A stretch of DNA of 64,000 bases from positions 1-64,000 of the forward strand of contig AP039694.1 of assembly GCA_051599415.1 (NCBI GenBank), given 5' to 3'. The translations under genes were made by a program, and so were the position numbers. The notes beneath the pieces are model-generated. The model saw only the letters and a program-made list of their open reading frames with translations, did no database searches and was not told the DNA's origin. Below, piece after piece: positions 27,040 to 37,525 of the stretch (position 1 is its first letter; each line of letters begins with the position of its first letter). This DNA comes from Savitreella phatthalungensis. Taxonomy: Eukaryota.

Positions 27040-28938
27040 ATGCTGTTCTCTGCGGCAGCACTGCTGACGGCCGTAGCGTTCGCTGCGCCTGTTGTCAACG
27101 ACATCGGATCTTTCGAATTCATTGTCGTTGGTTCTGGTGCCGGCGGTGGTCCGTTGGCCAGTAGACTAGCGCAAGCAGGTCGCAAGACGCTTCTGATAGA
27201 AGCGGGCGACGATCAGACCGGTAACGTCAACGTCACCGTGCCAGCCTTTCAGGCAGCCGTGACAGAAGACCCTCAGATAGCCTGGGACTTCTTCGTCAAC
27301 CACTACAAGAACTTTGATCAGGCAAAGCGAGACAGCAAGTATGTTTATGGTCTTCCCAATGGCGGGCAGTACGTCGGACTGAATCCACCGGCAGGAGCAA
27401 AGCCGAAAGGCATCTTCTATCCTCGTGCTGGCACTCTTGGCGGATGTGCGACGCACAATGCCCTGATTACAGTCTACCCACACGAGAGCGACTGGAACTA
27501 CATTGCACAGCTGACCGGAGATGACTCGTGGTCCGCGGCGAACATGCGGAAATACTTTGTGAAGCTGGAGCGGAATCAATACTTGCCCAACAGTGTCATC
27601 GGCCACGGATTCTCAGGCTGGCTTCGGACAGCCCAGGCTGATGTCGCTATCGTGCTGAAAGATTCAAAGGTTGTGCGTTGGCTGGTCGCTGCAGCTGCTG
27701 TGGCTGGCAACACTATTCCTGGCATCGATTACATTGCTGGTCTAACGCAGCTTGCTGCTCGCGATGTCAACGCGTATCTACCAGGCCGTGACTCGACAGG
27801 TGGCTACTACCAGATCCCTCTGCACATGGAGCAATCGACGGCATCACGTTCTGGTCCTCTTCAGCTGATCCGTGACACAGTTGCACAAGGCTACCCGCTC
27901 ACCGTACGGACCAATTGCCACGTCACTAAAGTAGTGTTTGACTCGAACAAGACTGCCACCGGCGTTGAGTTCCTTGATGGCGCGCATCTTTACCGGGCCT
28001 CACCTCTGTCTGGAGGCAGTGGTACCCCGGGCAGGGCCACAGCCTCGAAGGAAATTATTCTCTCTGGTGGCGCTTACAACACGCCACAGATTCTCAAGCT
28101 CTCAGGCGTCGGCCCAGCAGCCGAGCTTCAGCAATTTGGCATTGACGTCGTAAAGGATGCGCCCGCTGTCGGCACCAACCTTCAGGATCGTTACGAGATT
28201 GGCACCGTCTACAACACAACAGGATCGCAATACACTTTACTACAGGGCTGCACATTCGACGGCAGTGCGAATGACAAGTGTATCGGCCCGTGGCGCAACA
28301 ATCCGAATGTGCTCGGCGGCAAAGGCGCCTACGCTACGGACGGTCTCGCAGCTGCGATCCTCTCACGCTCGACTAACGCGGACGACTCCAACATTGACAG
28401 CTTCCTTTTCGGTGGGCCAGTCCAGTTTCTTGGCTACCAACCTAATTGGTCTCGCATCGCTGTTGATGACAAGCGTTCCTGGACATGGGCTGCGCTCAAG
28501 GCTCACACGCGCAACACGGCTGGCACAGTCACTCTGAGGTCATCCGATCCACTCGATGTGCCGGAAGTCAACTTCAACTACTTCTCCGAAGGCAGCGCGG
28601 GCTGGGAGAAGGACCTGGCCGCCATGGTTCAGATGGTCACGCAGGCCCGCGAGATCGGAGCGCAGATCACTGACTTCACCGAACAACACCCAGGATCTGT
28701 GGACGCGGCGCAATGGATTCAGGACGAGGCATGGGGCCACCACGCGTCCTGCACAGCGCCCATCGGTGCTGACAATGACCCTAATGCAGTCCTGGACTCT
28801 GGCTTCCGTGTTCGTGGCGTCAACCAGCTGTCGGTCGTCGATGCATCGGTATTCCCGAAGATTCCCGGTATTTTCATCGTCACTCCGATCTATATGATCT
28901 CTGAAAAGGCTGCCGATGTCATCTTGGCCAGAAACTAA
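27040..28938 (+). CDS. Secreted GMC (glucose-methanol-choline) FAD oxidoreductase, AA3-like
   Basis: Signal peptide MLFSAAALLTAVAFA; FAD motif IVVGSGAGGG; YPRAGTLGGC; GAYNTPQILKLSGVG; VGTNLQD; WGHHASCT; VVDASVFP...MISEKAAD. Confidence 0.93.
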   Translation: MLFSAAALLTAVAFAAPVVNDIGSFEFIVVGSGAGGGPLASRLAQAGRKTLLIEAGDDQTGNVNVTVPAFQAAVTEDPQIAWDFFVNHYKNFDQAKRDSKYVYGLPNGGQYVGLNPPAGAKPKGIFYPRAGTLGGCATHNALITVYPHESDWNYIAQLTGDDSWSAANMRKYFVKLERNQYLPNSVIGHGFSGWLRTAQADVAIVLKDSKVVRWLVAAAAVAGNTIPGIDYIAGLTQLAARDVNAYLPGRDSTGGYYQIPLHMEQSTASRSGPLQLIRDTVAQGYPLTVRTNCHVTKVVFDSNKTATGVEFLDGAHLYRASPLSGGSGTPGRATASKEIILSGGAYNTPQILKLSGVGPAAELQQFGIDVVKDAPAVGTNLQDRYEIGTVYNTTGSQYTLLQGCTFDGSANDKCIGPWRNNPNVLGGKGAYATDGLAAAILSRSTNADDSNIDSFLFGGPVQFLGYQPNWSRIAVDDKRSWTWAALKAHTRNTAGTVTLRSSDPLDVPEVNFNYFSEGSAGWEKDLAAMVQMVTQAREIGAQITDFTEQHPGSVDAAQWIQDEAWGHHASCTAPIGADNDPNAVLDSGFRVRGVNQLSVVDASVFPKIPGIFIVTPIYMISEKAADVILARN

Positions 28939-29034
28939 GCTATGCGCTGTATCATCTCTGTAGCAGGGATTTCTTACGTGTAAATATCATAATCATGAGG
29001 TTTCATTGGCCTTATTGAGCTGCATCTGCGCCAT

Positions 29035-30918
29035 CTAGTCGACCTTGATACTCGCATAGATAGTGCGTACGAAGATGAAGCTCGCGAAAAAGCCGACAGT
29101 GCCTGTGACGAGGAACAAAGAGAACGCAATCAGTGCTGTGTAACCGAAATAGAGGATGACGCTCGACAATCCTGCAAGTCGGAGTTTCAAAACGTAGTAG
29201 ACGATGCTGTTGACAAGCACATAGATGGCGATTGATCCGCCACTCCAGATGGATCGCCACCACCAGCGGTGGTTCTCTGCACAAAGCTGGAGGTAGGTAG
29301 TGAGAATGGTCGTGAGCGCCGTACTGACAAGCAATATGCCATACGTTAGGAATAGGAATCCGAACATCCAGTAAATCCGGCCAAACCAAAGGGAGTTCAG
29401 CATGAAGAATAGTTCGACAAAGATGGCGCCGAACGGCATGATACCAGCCAAGAGGATTGTCGGAATGGCGCGTAGATAGACTGGTTGAGGCGGAATCTGC
29501 CTCGGAATCTGATTTGTCTTGACTGGATCAGCAGGCATGTTGACCTTGAATCCTATGAGACCACCAGCGACACTCAAGGGAAGTGAGACCAAGAACCAGA
29601 TCGCTACGATTGCGGCCATGGTTCCTAATGGGACGGCACCGGACGCGCCTTTTGAGATGAGCACAAAGTTGAGCAGCAAAGATGTCCCAAAGATGACCGA
29701 TGGTGCAAACATTGGTGTCAGGACGAGCAAGGTCTTGTAGCGCTCTGCTTTCCCTAGTGTCTTGTAGACGAGCGCCGCTGTGAATCCTCCAATGGTACCG
29801 TACAATGCGTAAAGGACAAGGGCTGCTGTAGCAAGGCTGCCGCGATTAGAAGGTGAAAGGAAACCAAGCGCTGCAAGAACAATCGTCGTGCCTACCATCA
29901 CAAGCAGCTGCACACCGTTGCCGAGAAGGATCGCAAGCATGAGAGAGCTATCAGGCTGACGGAAGACATCCGCGTGGACGAGCTTCCATCCTGCATCTTC
30001 GACGACACCATCCCGTTCAAGCTCAAGCGCGTTGTAATGCTTCACGTCGCGACGCAAAGTTCTCACCAGGACGGCAGCCACGGTCACTGTCAGGAAGATG
30101 ACGATGACAAAGCTCTCGGTGAGACTGAGCCAATGGATCTTCGGGTCATAAACATGCAAGTACCGATCCCAACGCGTTGCCCATGTGAGATCGGATTTGC
30201 GCCATCGCACAGAAAGCTTGAAGTCAAAAGTTGTCTTTTTACCATCCCGCTCGTCGAGCTTGATCGGCTTACCGGCAGCGCAATCTTTGGCGGAGGTCGA
30301 AGCGGGGACAACTTCAACACCGACAATACGATAGTCCTCGTCGTCGATCTTATGATAATCGATCGTGATCTCGTACAGGTTGTGATAGACCGGTTGACTA
30401 AACTGTTCGGTTGTGGCGCCGATATCGCCTAGGAGGAATCCAGGCATGTCGAACTCTGTTTGAGTGATGAGATCAGCCATTCGGCTGCCAGCTGGAAGAT
30501 TATCGATAAGCATCTCGACTAGATAATTATCTCGAATACGATCATTGATGATCTTGGCATCGATGTGGTCGACGGTCGTCGTGCAGATTGTGCGACAGGT
30601 CTCGTTCTTCAGGAATTCGAGCTCATACGCGGAAGACAGGATGCGATCGCCCATGAGCACGCTGCCTATGGACTCACTCTGCGCGACTGGTCCACCTTCC
30701 GGGATACAGAAATGGAAGGGCGGATAATAGTAGTCGTAGGAGATGACCTCATGAATCCTCGCATCATTGTCTGTTGTCCCGGGAGATAGAGCATTGACGT
30801 AGATTGGTACTCGCTGACCAATGCGGAATTCTGTCGGTGCGATACCAGGGATATAAAGTGCGGCGATCGACGAGGCAAACCACGTCACGCAGCTTACTGC
30901 GAGCAGTGATATATGCAT
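29035..30918 (-). CDS. EMP70: Transmembrane 9 superfamily protein (Emp70/TM9SF2-4)
   Basis: Signal peptide, then ESIGSVLMGDRI, IHWLSL, GWKLVHADVFR, PVKTNQIPRQIP and C-terminal IYASIKVD. Start at MHISLL. Confidence 0.93.
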   Translation of the reverse strand: MHISLLAVSCVTWFASSIAALYIPGIAPTEFRIGQRVPIYVNALSPGTTDNDARIHEVISYDYYYPPFHFCIPEGGPVAQSESIGSVLMGDRILSSAYELEFLKNETCRTICTTTVDHIDAKIINDRIRDNYLVEMLIDNLPAGSRMADLITQTEFDMPGFLLGDIGATTEQFSQPVYHNLYEITIDYHKIDDEDYRIVGVEVVPASTSAKDCAAGKPIKLDERDGKKTTFDFKLSVRWRKSDLTWATRWDRYLHVYDPKIHWLSLTESFVIVIFLTVTVAAVLVRTLRRDVKHYNALELERDGVVEDAGWKLVHADVFRQPDSSLMLAILLGNGVQLLVMVGTTIVLAALGFLSPSNRGSLATAALVLYALYGTIGGFTAALVYKTLGKAERYKTLLVLTPMFAPSVIFGTSLLLNFVLISKGASGAVPLGTMAAIVAIWFLVSLPLSVAGGLIGFKVNMPADPVKTNQIPRQIPPQPVYLRAIPTILLAGIMPFGAIFVELFFMLNSLWFGRIYWMFGFLFLTYGILLVSTALTTILTTYLQLCAENHRWWWRSIWSGGSIAIYVLVNSIVYYVLKLRLAGLSSVILYFGYTALIAFSLFLVTGTVGFFASFIFVRTIYASIKVD

Positions 30919-31358
30919 GGGTGGAACCTGACTGCGGATCTTACAAGTTGTTCCGTCGAATGTCGCTGCAATCACGAGGATCTCAAATTGGACTCGATCG
31001 TGTCGCGTTTCTAATTGTGTATGGGTGACACGAAAGGATGCGATGTCTGCGACATCCTTAGCCTGATGCCATGTGCTGTTCCGAGGCCGAGGATCCACAA
31101 CTGCGGGACGAGTGGAAATGTATGGTACTCTTGGCTAGGTGTACGTAGGTGCTGGGAATCTGACGTTTGTATGCATACTGTACGTGCGGACAATGTGCAT
31201 TGGGCTTCGCAATTGTGCAGTATGACATTGACCTTCTGATGCAAGCTACTATAATTCATATATGGCTGGTAAATTACAATGCATAATTTGTATGTGACGT
31301 TATATACCTACTATTCTCTTCCCCGGACTTTCTTTGGTGTGGGTCATAGTCTCCTGGT

Positions 31359-31922
31359 TCATCGATTGGGTTGGACGCGCCTAGCTAGCGAGTCCGATCT
31401 CGGGTCTGGACGCCGATAAGGTTGAGATCGGGGTCCGCCGCGACTTCCTGTGCGTCTTCGGCCAGTTTCTCTCTCATCCTCGCGACGCCGAGGCCTCGGT
31501 TTCTGTATGTCGTCACCGTCGCCAGGTCCGCGATGCCGTTCTCGGTTGCGTTTGTGCCTTTTTTCCGGCGAGCGCAAACGATCAGAGGCCTGTGTAACGT
31601 GGCGCCTGCCAAGGGGCATGTCATTGGCGTTGCCGGTCCCGTTAGACAAGCCAAGCGCAAGATTTAACGCATCCTTCTCAGCGGCTTTGATCGCTTTTCT
31701 TTCCGCATCCTTGTCCCATGGGTCTGTATTGTCCTTTCTCTCGGCTCTTGCGAACCACTCGAGATCTCTGCCGTGTGCCCATTTGCCTTTGGGCGCTTTC
31801 AGCGAATGTCCAAGGTAATTGCTCAGGTGGGAATTGTCCTTGACCGATTTAGACGACCAGTCAAAGTCAGCTTGACCTCCACGCACACCCTTTTTCGAAC
31901 CGGTGCCACGTAACAGATCCAT
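31359..31922 (-). CDS. MMTAG2/C1orf35-like nuclear protein
   Basis: GVRGGQADFDW...NYLGHSLKAPKGKWAHGRDLEW N-terminal domain followed by an Arg-rich tail. Confidence 0.85.
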   Translation of the reverse strand: MDLLRGTGSKKGVRGGQADFDWSSKSVKDNSHLSNYLGHSLKAPKGKWAHGRDLEWFARAERKDNTDPWDKDAERKAIKAAEKDALNLALGLSNGTGNANDMPLGRRHVTQASDRLRSPEKRHKRNRERHRGPGDGDDIQKPRPRRREDERETGRRRTGSRGGPRSQPYRRPDPRSDSLARRVQPNR

Positions 31923-32293
31923 CACTCACCGGCGCTCTGCCTCTTCCGTGTTTCAGTTCCGAACGAGCATTTCGATGCCAGTATGCCACATCTGTCGTTG
32001 TACAATTTAGAGATCGCCAAGCCCAGCGCGTCTGCAATGGACGTCACCGCATGATTGTTCAAAAGTCAGATCCATGAAACTTCGTGCGTTTACAGCCAAT
32101 CGATCAATCAAGTAGAAAATTGATTAAATTACACATCTCACCGTGGACAGATATCTGCACACTGGTCAGTGCTTCGCGATATGAACAGCACTTTGCAGTC
32201 CAACTCATCGTCGTTTGCCAAGCTAAGTGTGAAGGTAGACTCCAGTCCTCAGCCGACGAGCGGGAATCTTTGGCTTCATTTGACTCCGATCTA

Positions 32294-34426
32294 CTAGTCG
32301 GCCAATTGCCACCTTCCTCCGCAATATAAACAAAGAGATGCGGCAGCGTAGAGTTTGAACAGGAAATGGTCGTCGGCCTGCGTGCCATGATCCTGCAAGG
32401 GTATCGCATGCCGCCCGCAACACGTGCAAGTGAGCGAGCGCCGTCCACTCATCGGACGCAGGGAGACGCTACACCGCGGCCAGAGATGACCATTGTCGCA
32501 CCGCGCCAATGATACAATCGGTGAAGCTGATTGTTCCGAAGTCCCGCGAATGCGCGAGTCACACGCTAAGCATCGCTCGATGCTGGTTGAGTCTTCCTCT
32601 CGATCAGAGCGCGAGGCGAGGTAGATTTGAAGTTGCTCGTCTTCCGACATATCTGAGACCTTTCCCATGACCGAATAACTTTGAATGATGGTTTGAACCA
32701 GACTTGATGATTTCAAGGATGGCTTTGAGGCTAGCCAGCTTAGCATCAACTGCAATAGAACGCGAGAGAGTTGCTGTCTGAGAGGCTCGAGCCCATCATT
32801 ACCTCCACCGAATAGATGATTGATGCGTAGAATGTTCAGCGCTGGAGTAAACAGCGGATCCTTTGGCGCAGCATCATCCTGTCCCACAGATACGTCGCCT
32901 GCATGATACTGTTCGACAATTGTGTCCCTGTGGGCACCAAGCAAATCCCTCATGCCGAGCAGAGCCAGAGGATCTCTTGTGTATGGCTGCGCAATGTAGT
33001 CCGAAATGAGACCTTGGACAACAGTATCGGCGATATTCACATCACCCGCTCCGTCGTTTAACCAGACGAGTAGTAGAGTTGCTGCGATAGTGTGGTGCTC
33101 CGACGCGACACGATAGATATGTTTGTCGGCGGGAACGATGTCAAAGTGAATTGTCAGCAGGGTGCAGAAATCCTTGTTATCTTGACCATGAGGCATCATT
33201 CGTGAATGACCACCGTAGCAGCGGACTCTCAGATTCTCTTGCTCCGTAGACGAATCACGAGGCTGAACAGCTGCTACTTGATCTGCCAAGTAGCTCTTAA
33301 GCAGGTCTCGGTGATCTGTCATCCTAGACAATGAATGAGCATGGTCATCATATGAAAAGGAAGAAGTGTCACCCTGGTCAGACAGGCAATGGATCTCGAT
33401 CTTCTCAGCCGACGTGCGAAGGAAAGAGAGCAAAGCTGTCGGGGCGTCGTAGTCCAGCTCCAATTCCATTCGATCCCCCGGAGAGTGAGCGTGGTTGCTG
33501 GCAGGATTGAAAACGCAGCACTGGAGAATGCTCGTGTAAGCCGCAGCCACGAAAAGACGATTGGATTGTAACACGGCGACTTCTATTTTGTGAATGCATC
33601 GTCGTCCCAGAATAGTTGGATCAGCTGATGATGTGCTCCTCGTCGTCTTGAAGAGTTCCTGCTGACTGGCTTCGGATCGCCGGCTGCCGAGGAGGAAGTG
33701 CGAGAGATCGCCATTGCCGAGAGCTACCACCACGTGCTTCTCGGCAGGCCTCTCAGATTCGACCACGTTGATGTGGACAACATCATACGCGGATTCGAGA
33801 TCGAGCTCGGTCGACCTGTAAGGCTGAGCACCTGATGAAAAATGCCACAGATCAAGCCTGCCACGTTTGCCCACGAGAAGGGCCGCGAATTTATGCTTCG
33901 AGTCGTAGTCATCCAGGAGAGGGCCGGCCCAGGCGATAGATGTGAAGCGGAGCGTCTGAATGGTGGCCGAATCCTCGATGACCACGGTAGCATTCCCAGA
34001 GATCTTTCCAAAGATGAGCTCATGTAAGCTATACCTTATAGTATACAAGGCGGGTGCTCGCTGGAGGGTAAGCTCAGAAACCAGCACCCGGCCATCAGCA
34101 GTAAGCATCGCGAAAAGGTTGCCTTTGTTGTCAGACGTGCCTTGTGGAGATACGCGCAGATCAATGACGAGTTCATCACCAAAATCAGCTTGAATGGCGT
34201 CTTTGACGTCGTCAGCGTTGAATGCGATCGAGGTAGGTCGATTGTCCCTTTCGAGTAGCGGACCAGAGATCATCTGTTTGGTGGAGTCGTACGGCAGGTA
34301 GTGCACTGCCTGACCCGTGGCGAGGAGCTGTCCGCAATTGTCGAAGTCGCCAGCAGACGCAGCTGAAATACCGGCTATCGCTCTGTGTGAGAGTACGCGA
34401 GAACTACCTATATCCGCGCGAGACAT
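32294..34426 (-). CDS. TFIIIC subunit 4/TFIIIC90 (Sfc9-like): beta-propeller plus C-terminal zinc finger
   Basis: C-terminal CLAC...ARCDNGHLWPRCSVSL...CTCCG...CLYCGG matches the zf-TFIIIC pattern; WD-like N-terminal half. Start position uncertain. Confidence 0.75.
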   Translation of the reverse strand: MSRADIGSSRVLSHRAIAGISAASAGDFDNCGQLLATGQAVHYLPYDSTKQMISGPLLERDNRPTSIAFNADDVKDAIQADFGDELVIDLRVSPQGTSDNKGNLFAMLTADGRVLVSELTLQRAPALYTIRYSLHELIFGKISGNATVVIEDSATIQTLRFTSIAWAGPLLDDYDSKHKFAALLVGKRGRLDLWHFSSGAQPYRSTELDLESAYDVVHINVVESERPAEKHVVVALGNGDLSHFLLGSRRSEASQQELFKTTRSTSSADPTILGRRCIHKIEVAVLQSNRLFVAAAYTSILQCCVFNPASNHAHSPGDRMELELDYDAPTALLSFLRTSAEKIEIHCLSDQGDTSSFSYDDHAHSLSRMTDHRDLLKSYLADQVAAVQPRDSSTEQENLRVRCYGGHSRMMPHGQDNKDFCTLLTIHFDIVPADKHIYRVASEHHTIAATLLLVWLNDGAGDVNIADTVVQGLISDYIAQPYTRDPLALLGMRDLLGAHRDTIVEQYHAGDVSVGQDDAAPKDPLFTPALNILRINHLFGGGNDGLEPLRQQLSRVLLQLMLSWLASKPSLKSSSLVQTIIQSYSVMGKVSDMSEDEQLQIYLASRSDREEDSTSIERCLACDSRIRGTSEQSASPIVSLARCDNGHLWPRCSVSLRPMSGRRSLTCTCCGRHAIPLQDHGTQADDHFLFKLYAAASLCLYCGGRWQLAD

Positions 34427-35919
34427 CGCGGGTTCGGGCACCCCTGGCCGCGGCAAGCCTTCAGCCTCTAGTCATGTCTCCGAGTAATCTCGATACCTTC
34501 TCTGTTCCATACAGGATCAGAGCATTGAAGTACTAGCCGTGAAAGAGGATCGCAGCATAGTAGAGAGATTTTCATGAATGGCGTAGGACGCTCCGGGGAA
34601 ATATGAAGTCAATGCATCGTTACGTACATGTATGTGCATCCTGAATTGTATGCACCGCGTTTTCGATGACTGCATATGAACAACCGATATATTGACACTT
34701 TCTGACGAAGATTAATTTGTGTCTCGATACACGGGAACGTTGTTGAAAGTGAAAGCCTCATAAGAAACCGATAGGGTACAACCTTTGAGGCACGGACGAG
34801 AGCTTTGTTGTCAGAAATATGTGGATGAATCACCTGAGCCGTATTGCAATTCTGCTGAACTCTGCATTTTACACCCTGTCGTTGGCTGATGCATGATTCC
34901 GCTATGTGCTACATGCAGATTCGTCTGCTTGGCACTCACGCTGCTTGAGATCTTGGTTGATCTTGCTGGAGAATGTGCGGAGGTCAAGTCAAAATGGTTA
35001 GTTCGCCTTAGGCCGCCGCATTTATAAAAATCAAACTGTACGCGGAAAGCAAAGCAAAGCAAAGCAATGAAATTATCTCTGAGTAGGACTGGCACAACTG
35101 TAGCTGAAAGAGCCGCATCATTCAAACGGCAGATTCCCCATTTGGATCAAGTGTACTAAAGAGAAAGCCTGCCATCTGATGCAGTGAGCGTGTCGAAAAT
35201 CCCGCTTTGTCGATTGAGGCAGGTCAAATTCCCTCTGCTACCATGGTGGTAGCTTTTAGGGAAGAAAGAAATGGGCATCGACGGATAGGACGCGGATATT
35301 GCGTATTTCCACTGTCAATCTGACTGCTGTCAGCCTTTGTAGCCATTGGCGGAATCCTCCAAGACTGATTTTCGTCCTATGAGTGGAATTAGTACAGATT
35401 GAGAGCACGGCAGGGAGAGCCGATATTATCTGAATCTTTGTCTTTTTCCGATTTTCACGGAGTGCCAGAAACTTTGATCTGAATCTTGTTCCAGCGGAGG
35501 TGGACTTTGAAGTCAAAGTCGATCAGGTATCACTTGATATGCAGATCACTCGCACGAGGAAGTTGTCCCAAGGATTTGCGCATGCAGTGATGCCCGACGT
35601 GTTTGAAAACCAAAGCAGAGCAAGACCACCAGCAACCCACAGGAGCGGGGCAGTGTGTGATCGACACTTTCCACGCACTCCGCCCACGTCCGAGCACTGT
35701 CCCGACCATTAAGTTTCGCGCTAGATCACTGTGAGACTCTGACTGAGATCATTCATATCCTCACGCGTGCGGCGTAATACGCGCATAGGGCCAGGGATCG
35801 ACTTCATCTTGGCAGATCGATCCTCGGCACCAGGCTCTGATTATCGCTGTCTCCGGAGAGATTCCCCTCCTGGTGCATCCATTCGTGTACGGGTACAATA
35901 TTTGTAGCCAAGTGTGAAG

Positions 35920-37326
35920 ATGACTATCGCTGCGACGCAGCAGCAGGAGCAACAACCACCACCACCACCATCACCACAGCAGCATCCCGATCCACCGCGA
36001 ATTTCATCTGCGCACAAACTCTCTAGCTCTGTCTCGAGTATTTTCAGACTAGGCAGACACAAGCACGAAAAGGACAAACCCTCCTCAACAGGTACTGCCA
36101 GCGCTCACGCGCTTACGCAGCCTGCGATGGCCCAAGTGCAGACGCCCTTGTCGGGCAACGGTTTTGCATATGCGCAGTCTCAAGTGGTCTCGCAGCAAAC
36201 CCTGAGCACCGGCGACGGCGTCAGCGTGACCGGCAGCAGCGGTGGCTTGGTTTCCCGTACAGTCTCGAATGTCACCTCTAAATCAAGCCATAGTCAGCTT
36301 GGCGACAAAGGCGATACAAGCCTCACACGACGGCGCGTCGGGGACGACTGGAATTTCATCTCTACCTTGGGGACGGGTACCTTCGGTAGAGTATTCCTCG
36401 TGCAACATAAATCCGACGCTTCGCCGACTGGCCGCTTTTATGCAATGAAGACGCTGCAAAAGAGCGAAGTCGTGCGGTTACGACAGGTCGAGCACATGAA
36501 TAACGAGCGGGAGATTCTTCAACTGGTGCAGCACCCATTCATTGTCTCCTTGCGGACCTCATTCCAGTCGGCTCACAACTTATTCATGTGTCTCGACTAC
36601 GTACCGGGCGGAGAACTGTTCTCGCATTTGCGACGAGCCGTCAAGTTCCAAAATGACGTGACACGCTTCTACGCTGCAGAGATCTTGCTCGCCCTGGAGC
36701 ACCTACATGCTCACGACATTATCTACCGCGATCTCAAGCCCGAAAACATTCTGATTGACGCTGACGGCCACATCAAGATCACCGATTTTGGTTTTGCCAA
36801 GCGCATTGCCGATCGCACATGGACTTTGTGTGGCACTCCAGAATATCTTGCGCCTGAGATCATTCAGTCTCGTGGCCACGGCAAAGCGGTGGACTGGTGG
36901 GCTTTGGGCATTCTCATCTATGAGATGTTGTGCGGCTATCCACCCTTTTATGACTCCTCCCACATTGGAATCTATGAGAAGATTCTGGCAGGGAAGATTC
37001 GGTGGCCGTCTCACCTGGAGCCGCAGGCGATCGACGTCATCTCTAGGCTGCTCAATCCGGACATCACAAAGCGTTTGGGCAATCTCTCTCGGGCGGCGAT
37101 CGACGTCAAAGACCATCCGTGGTTCCGGTATTGCCGATGGGATCTGCTGATGACGAAAGCAATTCGTCCTCCAATCGTGCCGTTGTGCAGATCTAACGGC
37201 GATACGCGCAACTTCGACTCATATCCAGAATTGAAACGCGATCAGATGCAGATGCTCCTGGCCGAATCTCAAGGTGATGACTCGGATGCAAGCCAGTATA
37301 AGCGCGAGTTTGCTGCCTGGCTGTGA
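35920..37326 (+). CDS. cAMP-dependent protein kinase catalytic subunit-like AGC kinase (PRKX/PkaB-type)
   Basis: GTGTFGRV, YRDLKPEN, DFGFAK, RTWTLCGTPEYLAPE, AVDWWALG and GDTRNFD motifs. Confidence 0.92.
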   Translation: MTIAATQQQEQQPPPPPSPQQHPDPPRISSAHKLSSSVSSIFRLGRHKHEKDKPSSTGTASAHALTQPAMAQVQTPLSGNGFAYAQSQVVSQQTLSTGDGVSVTGSSGGLVSRTVSNVTSKSSHSQLGDKGDTSLTRRRVGDDWNFISTLGTGTFGRVFLVQHKSDASPTGRFYAMKTLQKSEVVRLRQVEHMNNEREILQLVQHPFIVSLRTSFQSAHNLFMCLDYVPGGELFSHLRRAVKFQNDVTRFYAAEILLALEHLHAHDIIYRDLKPENILIDADGHIKITDFGFAKRIADRTWTLCGTPEYLAPEIIQSRGHGKAVDWWALGILIYEMLCGYPPFYDSSHIGIYEKILAGKIRWPSHLEPQAIDVISRLLNPDITKRLGNLSRAAIDVKDHPWFRYCRWDLLMTKAIRPPIVPLCRSNGDTRNFDSYPELKRDQMQMLLAESQGDDSDASQYKREFAAWL

Positions 37327-37525
37327 GATTGTGGGCCATTTTGGACGACTGGGCGACCTGCGGGCCTTAATTCTTGATGATACGCCTGTTTTAAAGCTGT
37401 CGCACTCTTGCATCTCTCGTCCGCCAAGCGATTATTCTGACTCCGCGACACATGACATGCCAAAAGACAACGTATGATGTATGCATATATATTTACATGA
37501 GAAAGACCAGGGAAGCCAGACCCAT

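Noticed and set aside
20400..29000. Known dikaritin/ustiloxin-type RiPP cluster
   Set aside because: No DUF3328 (HxxHC), tyrosinase, P450 or transporter gene was recognisable, and the cores lack the usual Tyr
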